A DNA stretch of 64,000 bases from Anaeramoeba ignava BMAN (Eukaryota > Protista > Anaeramoebae): contig JAPDFW010000059.1 in NCBI GenBank assembly GCA_028826165.1, forward strand, positions 1,488,001 to 1,552,000, read 5' to 3'. Below the pieces are notes generated by a model that searched no databases, was not told where the DNA came from, and was given only the letters and a program-made list of their open reading frames with translations. The position numbers and the translations under genes are program-made. Each line of letters opens with the position of its first letter. The first letter of the stretch is position 1. Positions 1-11,392 of the stretch are shown here, piece by piece.

Positions 1-3000
1 AATTATATATTTATATATTTTAATATAAATTAAATAAAAAAAGTTGGAATACAAATTGTTCATCTTGTATTACATATCCAGATAATAATTGTTCATGGTG
101 TCAAGATAATTCAACTTGTTCTAATGATACGTAAGAAAATAAATCAAATCAAATCAAATCAAATTAAATTAAATTATTTTTTTTGTTCCACTTTTTTTTT
201 AATTAATCAATTAATTAATCAATAATAGAAATTCATTTAACTGTTCACATGAATGGTCAAAAGATTGTTTATGCAGGTAATATAATCTAATTAATTATTC
301 AAATAATTATATAATTAAATATTTTAATATAAATTAAATAAAAAAAGTTGGAATACAAATTGTTCATCTTGTATAACATATCCAGATAATAATTGTTCAT
401 GGTGTCAAGATAATTCAACTTGTTCTAATGATACGTAAGGAAATGAATCAAAATTAAATTAAATTCAAATCAAAATCAAAATCAAAATCAAAATCAAAAT
501 CAAAATTAAATTAAAATCAAAATAATAATTTAATTTATTTTTGTTCCACTTTTTTTAATTAATTAATCAATTAATTAATCAATAATAGAAATTCATTTAA
601 CTGTTCACATGAATGGTCAAAAGATTGTTTATGCAGGTAATATAATCTAATTAATTATTCAAATATATATTTATTTATATATTTTAATATAAATTAAATA
701 AAAAAAGTTGGAATACAAATTGTTCATCTTGTATTACATATCCAGATAATAATTGTTCATGGTGTCAAGATAATTCAACTTGTTCTAATGATACGTAAGG
801 AAATAAATGATTTAAATTATATCAAAATCAAAATAATAATTTATTTTATTTTTGTTCCACTTTTTAATTAATTAATTAATCAATAATAGAAATTCATTCA
901 ACTGTTCACATGAATGGTCAAAAGATTGTTTATGCAGGTAATATAATTAATTGATTAAATAATCATATAATTATATATTTTAATATAAATTAAATAAAAA
1001 AAGTTGGAATACAAATTGCTCATCTTGTATTACATATCCAGATAATAATTGTTCATGGTGTCAAGATAATTCAAGTTGTTCTAATGATACGTAACAAAAT
1101 AAATGATTTAAATTAAATTAAATTCAAATCAAAATCAAAATCAAAATTAAAATCAAAATTAAATTCAAATCAAAATAATAACTTATTTTATTTTTGTTCC
1201 ACTTTTTAATTAATTAATTAATTAATCAATAATAGTAATTCATTTAACTGTTCACATGAATGGTCAAAAGATTGTTTATGCAGGTAATATAATCTAATTA
1301 ATTAATCAAATATATATTTATATATTTATATATTTTAATATAAATTAAATAAAAAAGTTGGAATACAAATTGCTCATCTTGTATTACATATCCAGATAAT
1401 AATTGTTCATGGTGTCAAGATAATTCAACTTGTTCTAATGATACGTAAGAAAATAAATGATTTAAATTATATCAAAATCAAAATAATAATTTATTTTATT
1501 TTTGTTCCACTTTTTTTAATTAATTAATTAATCAATTAATCAATAATAGTAATTCATTTAATTGTTCACATGAATGGTCAAAAGATTGTTTATGCAGGTA
1601 ATATAATCAAATTAATTATTCAAATAATTATATATTTTAATATTTTAATATAAATTAAATAAAAAAAGTTGGAATACAAATTGTTCATCTTGTATAACAT
1701 ATCCAGATAATAATTGTTCATGGTGTCAAGATAATTCAAGTTGTTCTAATGATACGTAAGGAAATGAATGATTTAAATTATATCAAAATCAAAATAATAA
1801 TTTATTTTATTTTTGTTCCACTTTTTAATTAATTAATTAATTAATCAATTAATCAATAATAGAAATTCATTTAACTGTTCACATGAATGGTCAAAAGATT
1901 GTTTATGCAGGTAATATGATCTAATTAGTTAATCAAATAATTATATAATTATTTATTTTAATATTTTAATATAAATTAAATAAAAAAGTTGGAATACAAA
2001 TTGTTCATCTTGTATTACATATCCAGATAATAATTGTTCATGGTGTCAAGATAATTCAAGTTGTTCTAATGATACGTAAGGAAAATAAATGATTTAAATT
2101 ATATCAAAATCAAAATAATAATTTATTTTATTTTTGTTCCACTTTTTTTAATTAATTAATTAATCAATTAATCAATAATAGTAATTCATTTAACTGTTCA
2201 CATGAATGGTCAAAAGATTGTTTATGCAGGTAATATAATTAATTAATTAATCAAATAATTATATATTTATTTTAATATTTTAATATAAATTAAATAAAAA
2301 AGTTGGAATACAAACTGCTCATCTTGTATTACATATCCAGATAATAATTGTTCATGGTGTCAAGATAATTCAAGTTGTTCTAATGATACGTAAGAAAATA
2401 AATGATTTAAATTATATCAAAATCAAATTCAAAATAATAATTTATTTTTATTTTGTTCCACTTTTTTTAATTAATCAATAATAGAAATTCATTCAACTGT
2501 TCACATGAATGGTCAAAAGATTGTTTATGCAGGTAATATAATCTAATTAATTAATTAAATAATTATATAATTATATATTTTAATATAAATTAAATAAAAA
2601 AAGTTGGAATACAAATTGTTCATCTTGTATAACATATCCAGATAATAATTGTTCATGGTGTCAAGATAATTCAACTTGTTCTAATGATACGTAAGAAAAT
2701 CAAATTCAAAATAAAAATTAAATCAAATCAAAATCAATCAAATCAAATTAAATTAAATCAAAATAATAATTTATTTTATTTTTGTTCCACTTTTTTTAAT
2801 TAATTAATTAATTAATCAATAATAGAAATTCATTCAACTGTTCACATGAATGGTTAAAAGATTGTTTATGCAGGTAATATAATTAATTAATTAATCAAAT
2901 AATTATATAATTATATATTTTAATATAAATTAAATAAAAAAGTTGGAATACAAATTGTTCATCTTGTATTACATATCCAGATAATAATTGTTCATGGTGT

Positions 3001-4540
3001 CAAGATAATTCAACTTGTTCTAATGATACGTAACAAAATCAAATTCAAAATCAAAATCAAATTCAAAATTAAATCAAATTCAAAATTAAATCAAATTCAA
3101 AATTAAATCAAATTCAAAATTAAATCAAAATCAAAATCAATCAAATCAAATTAAATTCAAATTAAAATAATAATTTATTTTATTTTTGTTCCACTTTTTT
3201 TAATTAATCAATAATAGAAATTCATTTAACTGTTCACATGAATGGTCAAAAGATTGTTTATGCAGGTAATATAATTAAATTAATTAATTAAATAATTATA
3301 TAATTATATATTTTAATATAAATTAAATAAAAAAAGTTGGAATTCAAATTGCTCATCTTGTATTACATATCCAGATAATAATTGTTCATGGTGTCAAGAT
3401 AATTCAAGTTGCTCTAATGATACGTAAGGAAATAAATGATTTAAATTATATCAAAATCAAAATAATAATTTATTTTATTTTTGTTCCACTTTTTTTTAAT
3501 TAATTAATTAATCAATTAATCAATAATAGAAATTCATTCAACTGTTCACATGAATGGTCAAAAGATTGTTTATGCAGGTAATATAATCTAATTAGTTAAT
3601 CAAATAATTATATAATTATATATTTTATTATTTTAATATAAATTAAATAAAAAAGTTGGAATACAAATTGTTCATCTTGTATTACATATCCAGATAATAA
3701 TTGTTCATGGTGTCAAGATAATTCAAGTTGCTCTAATGATACGTAAGGAAATAAATGATTTAAATTAAATCAAAATCAAAATCAAAATCAAAATAATAAT
3801 TTATTTTATTTTTGTTCCACTTTTTTTTAATTAATTAATTAATCAATTAATCAATAATAGAAATTCATTTAACTGTTCACATGAATGGTCAAAAGATTGT
3901 TTATGCAGGTAATATAATCTAATTAATTATTTATATATATTTTATTTTAAATTAAATTATTTTAATATAAATTAAATAAAAAAGTTGGAATACAAATTGT
4001 TCATCTTGTATAACATATCCAGATAATAATTGCTATTGGTGTCAAGATAATTCAACTTGTTCTAATGATACGTAACAAAATCAAAATCAAAATCAAAATT
4101 AAATTAATTCAAAATCAAAATAATAATTTATTTTATTTTTGTTCCACTTTTTTTAATTAATTAATTAATTAATTAATTAATCAATAATAGTAATTCATTT
4201 AACTGCTCAAATGAATGGTTAAAAGATTGTTTATGCAGGTAATATAATTAAATTAATTAATCAAATAATTATATATTTTATTATTTTAATATAAATTAAA
4301 TAAAAAAGTTGGAATTCAAATTGTTCATCTTGTATTACATATCCAGATAATAATTGTTATTGGTGTCAATACAACAATATGTGTTCAAATGATACGTAAG
4401 AAAATAAATCAAAATCAAAATCAAAAAAATTTATTTTTGTTCCACTTTTTTTAATTAATTAATTAATTAAATAATAATAATAGGAACTACGGTCATTGTC
4501 TGAGTGAATGGTCAAAAGAATGCCTATGCAAGTAATGAAA
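1..4540 (+). repeat. Tandem array of ~14 near-identical ~300-395 bp units, each with 2 exons and 2 introns
   Basis: Exon-A starts at 44, 348, 708, 1004, 1358, 1669, 1989, 2303, 2604, 2943, 3337, 3656, 3985 and 4309. Length variation is confined to intronic AAAATC/AATT microsatellites. Confidence 0.95.
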
Positions 4541-6488
4541 GGATTAATAAAATATTTGTTTAAATTATCTCATCTATTTATTATATTTTATTTTTGATTA
4601 TTTTAGATGGAATTCAAATTGTTCATCTTGTATAACATATCCAGATAATAATTGCTATTGGTGTCAAGACAGAAAAACTTGTTCTCATGATAGGTAAAAA
4701 AAACTATTTATTTTTTTTTGTTCCACTTTTTTTGCCAAATAAAATTATTTTGATTTCAATTAAAATAGGCATTCACTTCCTTGTTTTTCTGAATGGTCAA
4801 AAGATTGTCTTTGCGAGTAATTTAAATTATTAACATAAAAATCATTTATTTTGACTTCTTTTATTCCATTGATTTATTCTATTTTCTTTTTGATTATTTT
4901 AGCTGGAATTCAAATTGTCAATCTTGCATAAACGAACCAGATAATAATTGTTCATGGTGTCAAGATGATCAAATTTGTTCAAATAATACGTATAAAAAAA
5001 ATATCAAAAAAATTTTTTTGTTCCACTTTTTTATTTTTGAAAAATTATAATAGAAATTCTGTTAAATGCTCTGGTGATTGGAACAATTCATGTCTTTGCG
5101 AGTAATTAATTATTTAATTATTTTAAATTTATTTATCCTATTTTATTTTTAATTATTTTAGCTGGAATACAGATTGCGATATTTGTGTCAATGATAAAGA
5201 AAATAATTGTTCATGGTGTCAAGATGATCAAATTTGTTCAAATAATACGTATAAAAAAAATATTAAATTAATTTTTTTGTTCCACTTTTTTATTTTTGAA
5301 AAATTATAATAGAAATTCTGTTAAATGTTCTGGTGATTGGAAAGAATCATGTTTTTGCGAGTAATTAATTATTTAATTATTTTAAATTTATTTATCCTAT
5401 TTTATTTTCAAAAAAAAAAATCAAATAGTTGGAATACAAATTGCTTTGAATGTGCAGTTTATTCAAATTGTTCATGGTGTTGGACAACTGGAACTTGTGA
5501 AAAAAATACGTAAATGAAAAATTTTTTTTTGTATTTATTGATTTTTTCTCAATTAAATTGTTTTTATTTAATTATATTTCTTAGTCTTTCTATATGTCCA
5601 AGTGGTTGGCTCAATCCTTTTGTTTCAACTTCTGATTGTTATTGTTTGTAAGTATTTTTTTTTTGAGGAATTATTTTGTTCCACTTTTTTTTATATTCCC
5701 AAAAAAAAAATCAATTCAAATTAATAATCTTTAAATATTTCTCAAATGTGATTAAATTTAATAATAGGGGGTTCAGTTCTTGTTCATCTTGTATCGAAAA
5801 TAATTGCTTTTGGTGTAATGAAAAAGAATTTTGCCTTTCCGCTTCTGAGTAAATTAAATCAATTAGCAAAAAATTTGGAAAAAATGAAAAATTCAAAAAA
5901 ATATTTCTTTTTAATAAAAAAAAAAAGTTCTCATCTTATTTGTTATGATGCAGTTATCACAGATAAACACAAATGTTACGGTTCATATCATAAATCCAAA
6001 TTAAGTGGAGGAGAGGTAAGTTTAAAGAAATCATTTTTTTGAGAATTTTGATCATCTAATTGATTTTCTTTTTTATTTTCAAATCTTTATAGATTGCAAT
6101 AATATCTCTATCTTCTGTTTTTAGTATTTTCTTTATAATTATCTTTATTATTTATAAAAGGAGAAAGGTAAAAAAAAATTCCACTTTTTATTTTGAATCA
6201 ACCAAAAATCAAAAGAAAAAAGAAAAAAGAAAAATTCTCATTTTCTTTCTTTTTTTGTTTTTTATATTTTGTTTTAATTAGAAACAAAAAGAAAATAATT
6301 CAAATAAATCAGATCTATCTATTCCTTTATTAAATGAAAAATTAGATGAATCTACTAATCAATTAATTCAGGAACCAATCGGAAAAATGTTTGAAGATTC
6401 AAATAATGAATTATCTGTGGGAACATCTGATGGAATTGTGGAAGATGATCGAGATTCTTCTGAAAAGTCAGATGGATTAATTAATTAA
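44..6488 (+). CDS. 3' part of a Cys-rich PSI-repeat type I membrane (surface) protein; multi-exon, 5' end lies outside the window
   Basis: Alternating 87-nt (e.g. 44-130) and 48-nt (e.g. 229-276) GT-AG-flanked exons splice in frame to a 45-aa unit SWNTNCSSCITYPDNNCSWCQDNSTCSNDTNSFNCSHEWSKDCLC (CxxC...CxWC...C, PSI-like). About 19 units are visible. They are followed by KLSGGE, a TM exon 6093-6167 (IAIISLSSVFSIFFIIIFIIY-KRRK) and an acidic tail exon 6282-6488 ending in TAA. Confidence 0.85.
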
Positions 6489-6763
6489 AAAAAAAGAGAG
6501 AGAAAAAAATTTTTTTTTTCCTTAATTCCACTTTTTTTTTTTTTCAAAACAAAACTCAAATAAAAACAAAATTCAAACAAAAATTCAAACCAAAACAAAA
6601 ATTAAAATTCAAATTAAAATTAAAATTAAAATTAAAATCTAAAATTAAAATTAAAATTAAAAACTAAAATTAAAATTAAAAATTAAAATGAATGACGTAA
6701 ATCAATTTTTTTTAATTTTTTTTTAATTTTTAAAATTCATTTTTTACTTTTTTTTAAAAGAAA

Positions 6764-9078
6764 ATGCCTCCTAAAAGAAATTATAAAAAAAAAGATAAGG
6801 AAGAAAATGAAAAAGAAAAACCTAAAAACACAAATCAATCAAGAAAAAAAGGAAATCAAAATCAAAATAATAAAAATCAAAATCAAAATAAAAATCAAAA
6901 TCAAAATAAAAATCAAAAACCAATAAGAAAACCAAATGAAAAAAGAAAACAAATTGGGGAAGATGATGGGTCTTTTGAATCTAATGTTATTCTTAAAAGC
7001 ACAAGTAAAATTAAAACTAAAATCAATATTAAAATCAAAATTAAAATTAAAATTAAAATTAAAACTAAAATTAAAACTAAAATTAAAACTTATTTAGGTG
7101 GAATTTTTGAAATTGAAGGAAAATATACAAATGCGATCGTTTTTACTGACCAAATTGAACAAGGAGCTTTTGAACAAATTCAATTAAATTGTAATAATAT
7201 TGCCTTTAAAGGTTGTAAAATTAGAGTTATGCCTGATGTTCATGGTGGAGCAAGTTCTGTAATTGGATTTACTTCAACAATGTCAGATTATATTATTCCA
7301 AATGTTATGTAATAATTAAAATCAAAATCAAATTCAAAATTAAAATTAAAATTAAAATCAAAATTAAAATCAAAATCAAAATTAAAATCAAAATCAAAAT
7401 TAAAATTAAAATTAAAATCAAAATTAAAATTAAAATCAAAATTAAAATCAAAATCAAAATTAAAATTAAAATCAAATTCAAAATCAAAATTAAAATCAAA
7501 ATTAAAATTAAAATTAAAATCAAAATTAAAATCAAAATCAAAATTAAAATCAAAATTAAAATCAAAATTAAAATTAAAATCAAAATTAAAATTAAAATTA
7601 AAATTAAAATCAAAATTAAAATTAAAATCAAAATCAAAATCAAAATCAAAATCAAAATCAAAATTAAAATCAAAATTAAAATTAAAATCAAAATTAAAAT
7701 TAAAATTAAAATCAAAATCAAAATCAAAATTAAAAGTGGAGTTGATATTGGATGTGGAGTTTTGTCAATTGATTTAGGTCCTGTTGAATTTGAATTTAGT
7801 CATTTTGATACATTTATTCATGAAAAAATTCCTGCAGGATTTAATATTAGAGATACTGCAGTAACAAAGAAAAAACTTCAAAAAATTATGAAAACTTTTG
7901 AAAAAGAAACAAATATTGAAGATTTTCTTCATGATGTTAAATCAATTGAGAAGAAAATATCCAAAAAAAATAAATCTACAACAATGAAATCTATTGGAAC
8001 ATTAGGGTAAATCAAAATCAAAATTAAAATCAAAACAAATCAAAATTAAAATTAAAATCAAAATCAAAATTAAAATCAAAATCAAAATTAAAATTAAAAT
8101 CAAAATTAAAATCAAAATTAAAATCAAAATCAAAATCAAAATCAATATTAAAATCAAAAATAAAATCAAAATTAAAATCAATATTAAAATTAAAATTAAA
8201 ATTAAAATCAAAATCAAAATCAAAATTAAAATCAAAATTAAAATCAAAATTAAAATCAAAATTAAAATTAAAATCAAAATAAAAATTAAAATCAAAATTA
8301 AAATTAAAATCAAAATTAAAATTAAAATTAAAATCAAAATCAAAATTAAAATCAAAATCAAAATCAAAATTAAAATTAAAATCAAAATTAAAGTGGAGGA
8401 AATCATTTTATTGAACTTGAAAAAGAAGATGGAAGTAAAAACATTTGGTTAACAATCCATTGCGGATCACGAAACTTTGGGTTACAAGTAGCAAGTTATC
8501 ATCAAAGAAAAGCGAAATCACTAGTAGGAGACAAGAAAGGATTAGAGTATTTAGAAGGAGATCATGCAAAAGAATATCTTGAAGACATGAAAGTAGCACA
8601 AAAATATGCGAAATTGAACCGACGAACAATAGCAGAGCAAATAATTAGTGAATTTTTTCAGATGGAAATAGAAAAACTTGACATTGTTGAATCAATTCAT
8701 AATTACATTGATTTCGAGGATAATATCATAAGAAAAGGTGCAATTTCAGCTAGAAAAGGTGAAAGACTTGTTATTCCCTTTAACATGGCAGCTGGTCTTA
8801 TTATCGGAATAGGAAAAGGTAATCAAGAGTATAATTGTAGTGGTCCGCATGGAAGTGGAAGGTTATTATCAAGAACTCAAGCTAAAAGTCAAATCAAAAT
8901 GTCAGATTATCAAAAAGTTATGAATGATAGTAATGTTTTTTCTTCTTGTGTTGTTTTATCTACTATTGATGAATCTCCTTTTGCTTATAAAGATACTGAT
9001 ACTATTTTGAAATTTATTGAACCAACTGTTGAAATTGAGAAGAGATTGAAACCAATTTATAATTTCAAAGCGAAATAA
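6764..9078 (+). CDS. rtcB: RNA 3'-phosphate/5'-OH ligase RtcB, bacterial-type, 4 exons
   Basis: Exons 6764-7004, 7098-7308, 7737-8006 and 8394-9078. The splices rebuild MPDVHGG, IGVDIGCG, GTLGGGNHFIE, HCGSR, HNY, RKGA, PHGSGR, DESPFAYKD and C-terminal LKPIYNFKA. There is a K/N/Q-rich N-terminal extension. Confidence 0.93.
7309..8393 (+). repeat. (AAAATT/AAAATC)n microsatellite filling RtcB introns 2 (7309-7736) and 3 (8007-8393)
   Basis: Near-pure hexamer arrays bounded by GT and AAG. They are the source of the spurious (IL)n ORFs. Confidence 0.95.
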
Positions 9079-9487
9079 TAAATTAAAATCAAAATTAAAA
9101 TTTAAAATTAAAATTAAAATTAAAATTAAAATTAAAATCAATTAAATTTTAAAATCAAAAATTAAAATTAAAATTAAAATCAAAATCAAAATCAAAATCA
9201 AAATTAAAATTAAAATTAAAATTAAAATCAAAATTAAAATCAAAATTTAAATCAAAATTAAAATTAAAATTAAAATTAAAATTAAAATTAAAATTTAAAT
9301 TAAAATTAAAATCAAAATTAAAATCAAAATTAAAATTAAAATTAAAATCAAAATTAAAATTTAAATTTAAATTCTTTTTGGATCAATGAAATAAAAGGAA
9401 TAAAAAGGAAAAGATAATCAAAAAAAATTTTTTTTCATTTTTTAAAATTTCATTTTTTTTTTATTATTTTTTTTGATTTATTCATTT

Positions 9488-10932
9488 ATGACAACTAAAG
9501 CTGATATTAAAGTTGTACTTCTTGGTGCCCCTTACACAGGAAAGAGTTGTTTAGTTGAAAAATTTCTTAACGATAAATTTACAGAGGGACAAAAACCTGT
9601 ATAAATTTTTAAATTAAATTTTTTAATTGAATTTTTAAATTAAATTTTTAAATTAAATTTTTTAAATTAAATTTTTAATTGAAATTTTAAATTAAATTTT
9701 AAATTAAATTTTTAAATTTAAATTTTTAAATTAAATTTTAAAGACTGTTGCTGCTGCTTTTGGTTCTAAAGCTGTTAAAGTTGGAAGTAGTGTTGTTACA
9801 CTTGGTATTTGGGATACTGCCGGCTCAGAACGCTATGAAAGTTTATCTAAAATGTATTACAGAGGAGCTGGTGCTGCTATTGTTTGTTATGGTTAGTTTT
9901 CCTTTTAAATTTTTATTGTAATTTTTCCTTTTAATTTTTAATTGTAATTTTCCCTTCTTTTTTAGATATTACAAATCATGAAACTTTTGCTAAAGTTAGG
10001 TTTTGGGTTTCTCAATTAAAAGAAAATGAAAAAGATTGTGTTATTTATCTTGTTGGAACAAAAAGTAATTTTGCATTTTTTTAAAATCAAAATTAAAAAT
10101 TAAAATCAAAATCAAAATCAAAATTAAAATTAAAATTAAAATTAAAATTAAAATTAAAATTAAAATTAAAATTAAAATTAAAATTAAAATTTAAAATTAA
10201 AATCAAAATTAAAATTAAAATTAAAATCAAAATTAAAATCAAAATTAAAATTAAAATTAAAATCAAAATTAAAATCAAAATTAAAATCAAAATTAAAATC
10301 AAAATCAAAATTAAAATTAAAATTAAAATTAAAATTAAAATCAAAATTAAAAATCAAAATTAAAATCAAAATTAAAATTAAAATTAAAATTAAAATTAAA
10401 ATTAAAATCAAAATTAAAATTAAAATTAAAATTAAAATCAAAATCAAAATTAAAATTAAAATTAAAATTTAAATTTAAAATAAAAATTTAAATTAAAATT
10501 AAAATTAAAATTTAAATTAAAATTAAAATTAAAATTAAAATCAAAATTAAAATTAAAATTAAAATTAAAATTAAAATTAAAATTAAAATTAAAATTAAAA
10601 TCAAAATAAAAATTAAAATTAAAATTATAATTAAAATTAAAATCAAAATCAAAATTAAAATTAAAATTAAAATTTAAATTTAAAAAGTCGATCTTATTTT
10701 GAATGATTCAGATCGAGATGTTCCAATGGAAGAAGTAGAAAGTTTTTCTGATGAAATTAAAGCAAAAATTTTTGAAACAAGTGCAAAAACGGGAAAAAAT
10801 GTTCATGAATTATTTGAAACTGTTGCAGCTGATTATTTAGAAAGAAAAAAAACAATAAAAAATCCATCTAATAATGGAGGTGGTGGAATAGTTGATCCAA
10901 ATAAACCCAAAAATAAAGGGAAATGTTGCTAA
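9488..10932 (+). CDS. RAB24: Rab GTPase, Rab24-like, 4 exons
   Basis: Exons 9488-9598, 9744-9891, 9966-10064 and 10688-10932. Motifs: [33 protein letters not shown] (Ser in place of the catalytic Gln, a Rab24 hallmark), [19 protein letters not shown]-terminal CC. Confidence 0.88.
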
Positions 10933-11392
10933 TAATAATTAAATTAAATTAAATTAAATTAAATTAAATTAAATTAAATTAAATTAAATTAAATTAAAGC
11001 ATTTCTTTTGATCAAAAAAAATCAATCCAAAAAAAATCAACTTAAAATCAATTTAAAATCAATTTAAAATCAATTTAAAATCAATTTAAAATCAAATTAA
11101 AATCAAATTAAAAAATCAATCCAAAAAAAATCAATCCAAAAAATTCAATTTAAAATCAATTTAAAATCAAATTAAAAAATCAACTCAAGAAATCAAAACT
11201 ATTGAAAAAAAAAAAAAGAAGAACTTATTTTAAATTACAAATTTTTATATTTTTTTTAAAAGAAACAAATTATTTCAATTCCTTTTTTTTTATCTTGTTG
11301 TTGAGAATAAATTGGATTATAATGATTTCTCAACCAAAAAAAAATAATTTTTAAATTTTTTTTTCATTTTTTTTTTCTTTTATTTTTTAAAA

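Noticed and set aside
1-4540. CRISPR-like appearance (conserved repeats separated by variable spacers)
   Set aside because: The conserved blocks are GT-AG-bounded exons that splice to a Cys-rich ORF with largely synonymous variation. The spacers are homologous AT-rich introns, there are no cas genes, and the context is eukaryotic.
6764-9078. Possible intein in RtcB (a frequent intein host) or in other enzymes of the window
   Set aside because: The spliced proteins are collinear with intein-free homologues, with no Cys/Ser...His-Asn insertion. The HN in ESIHNY is a native RtcB motif.
7305-10447. (IL)n, (IK)n, (NF)n and (FD)n ORFs in the track, here and at 32.1-32.5, 34.1-34.8, 38.3, 39.7, 42.2-42.7, 43.4 and 60.7-61.5 kb
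   Set aside because: These are stop-free frames of intronic or intergenic microsatellites, or shadow frames of NQ/EN coding tracts; they are not genes.
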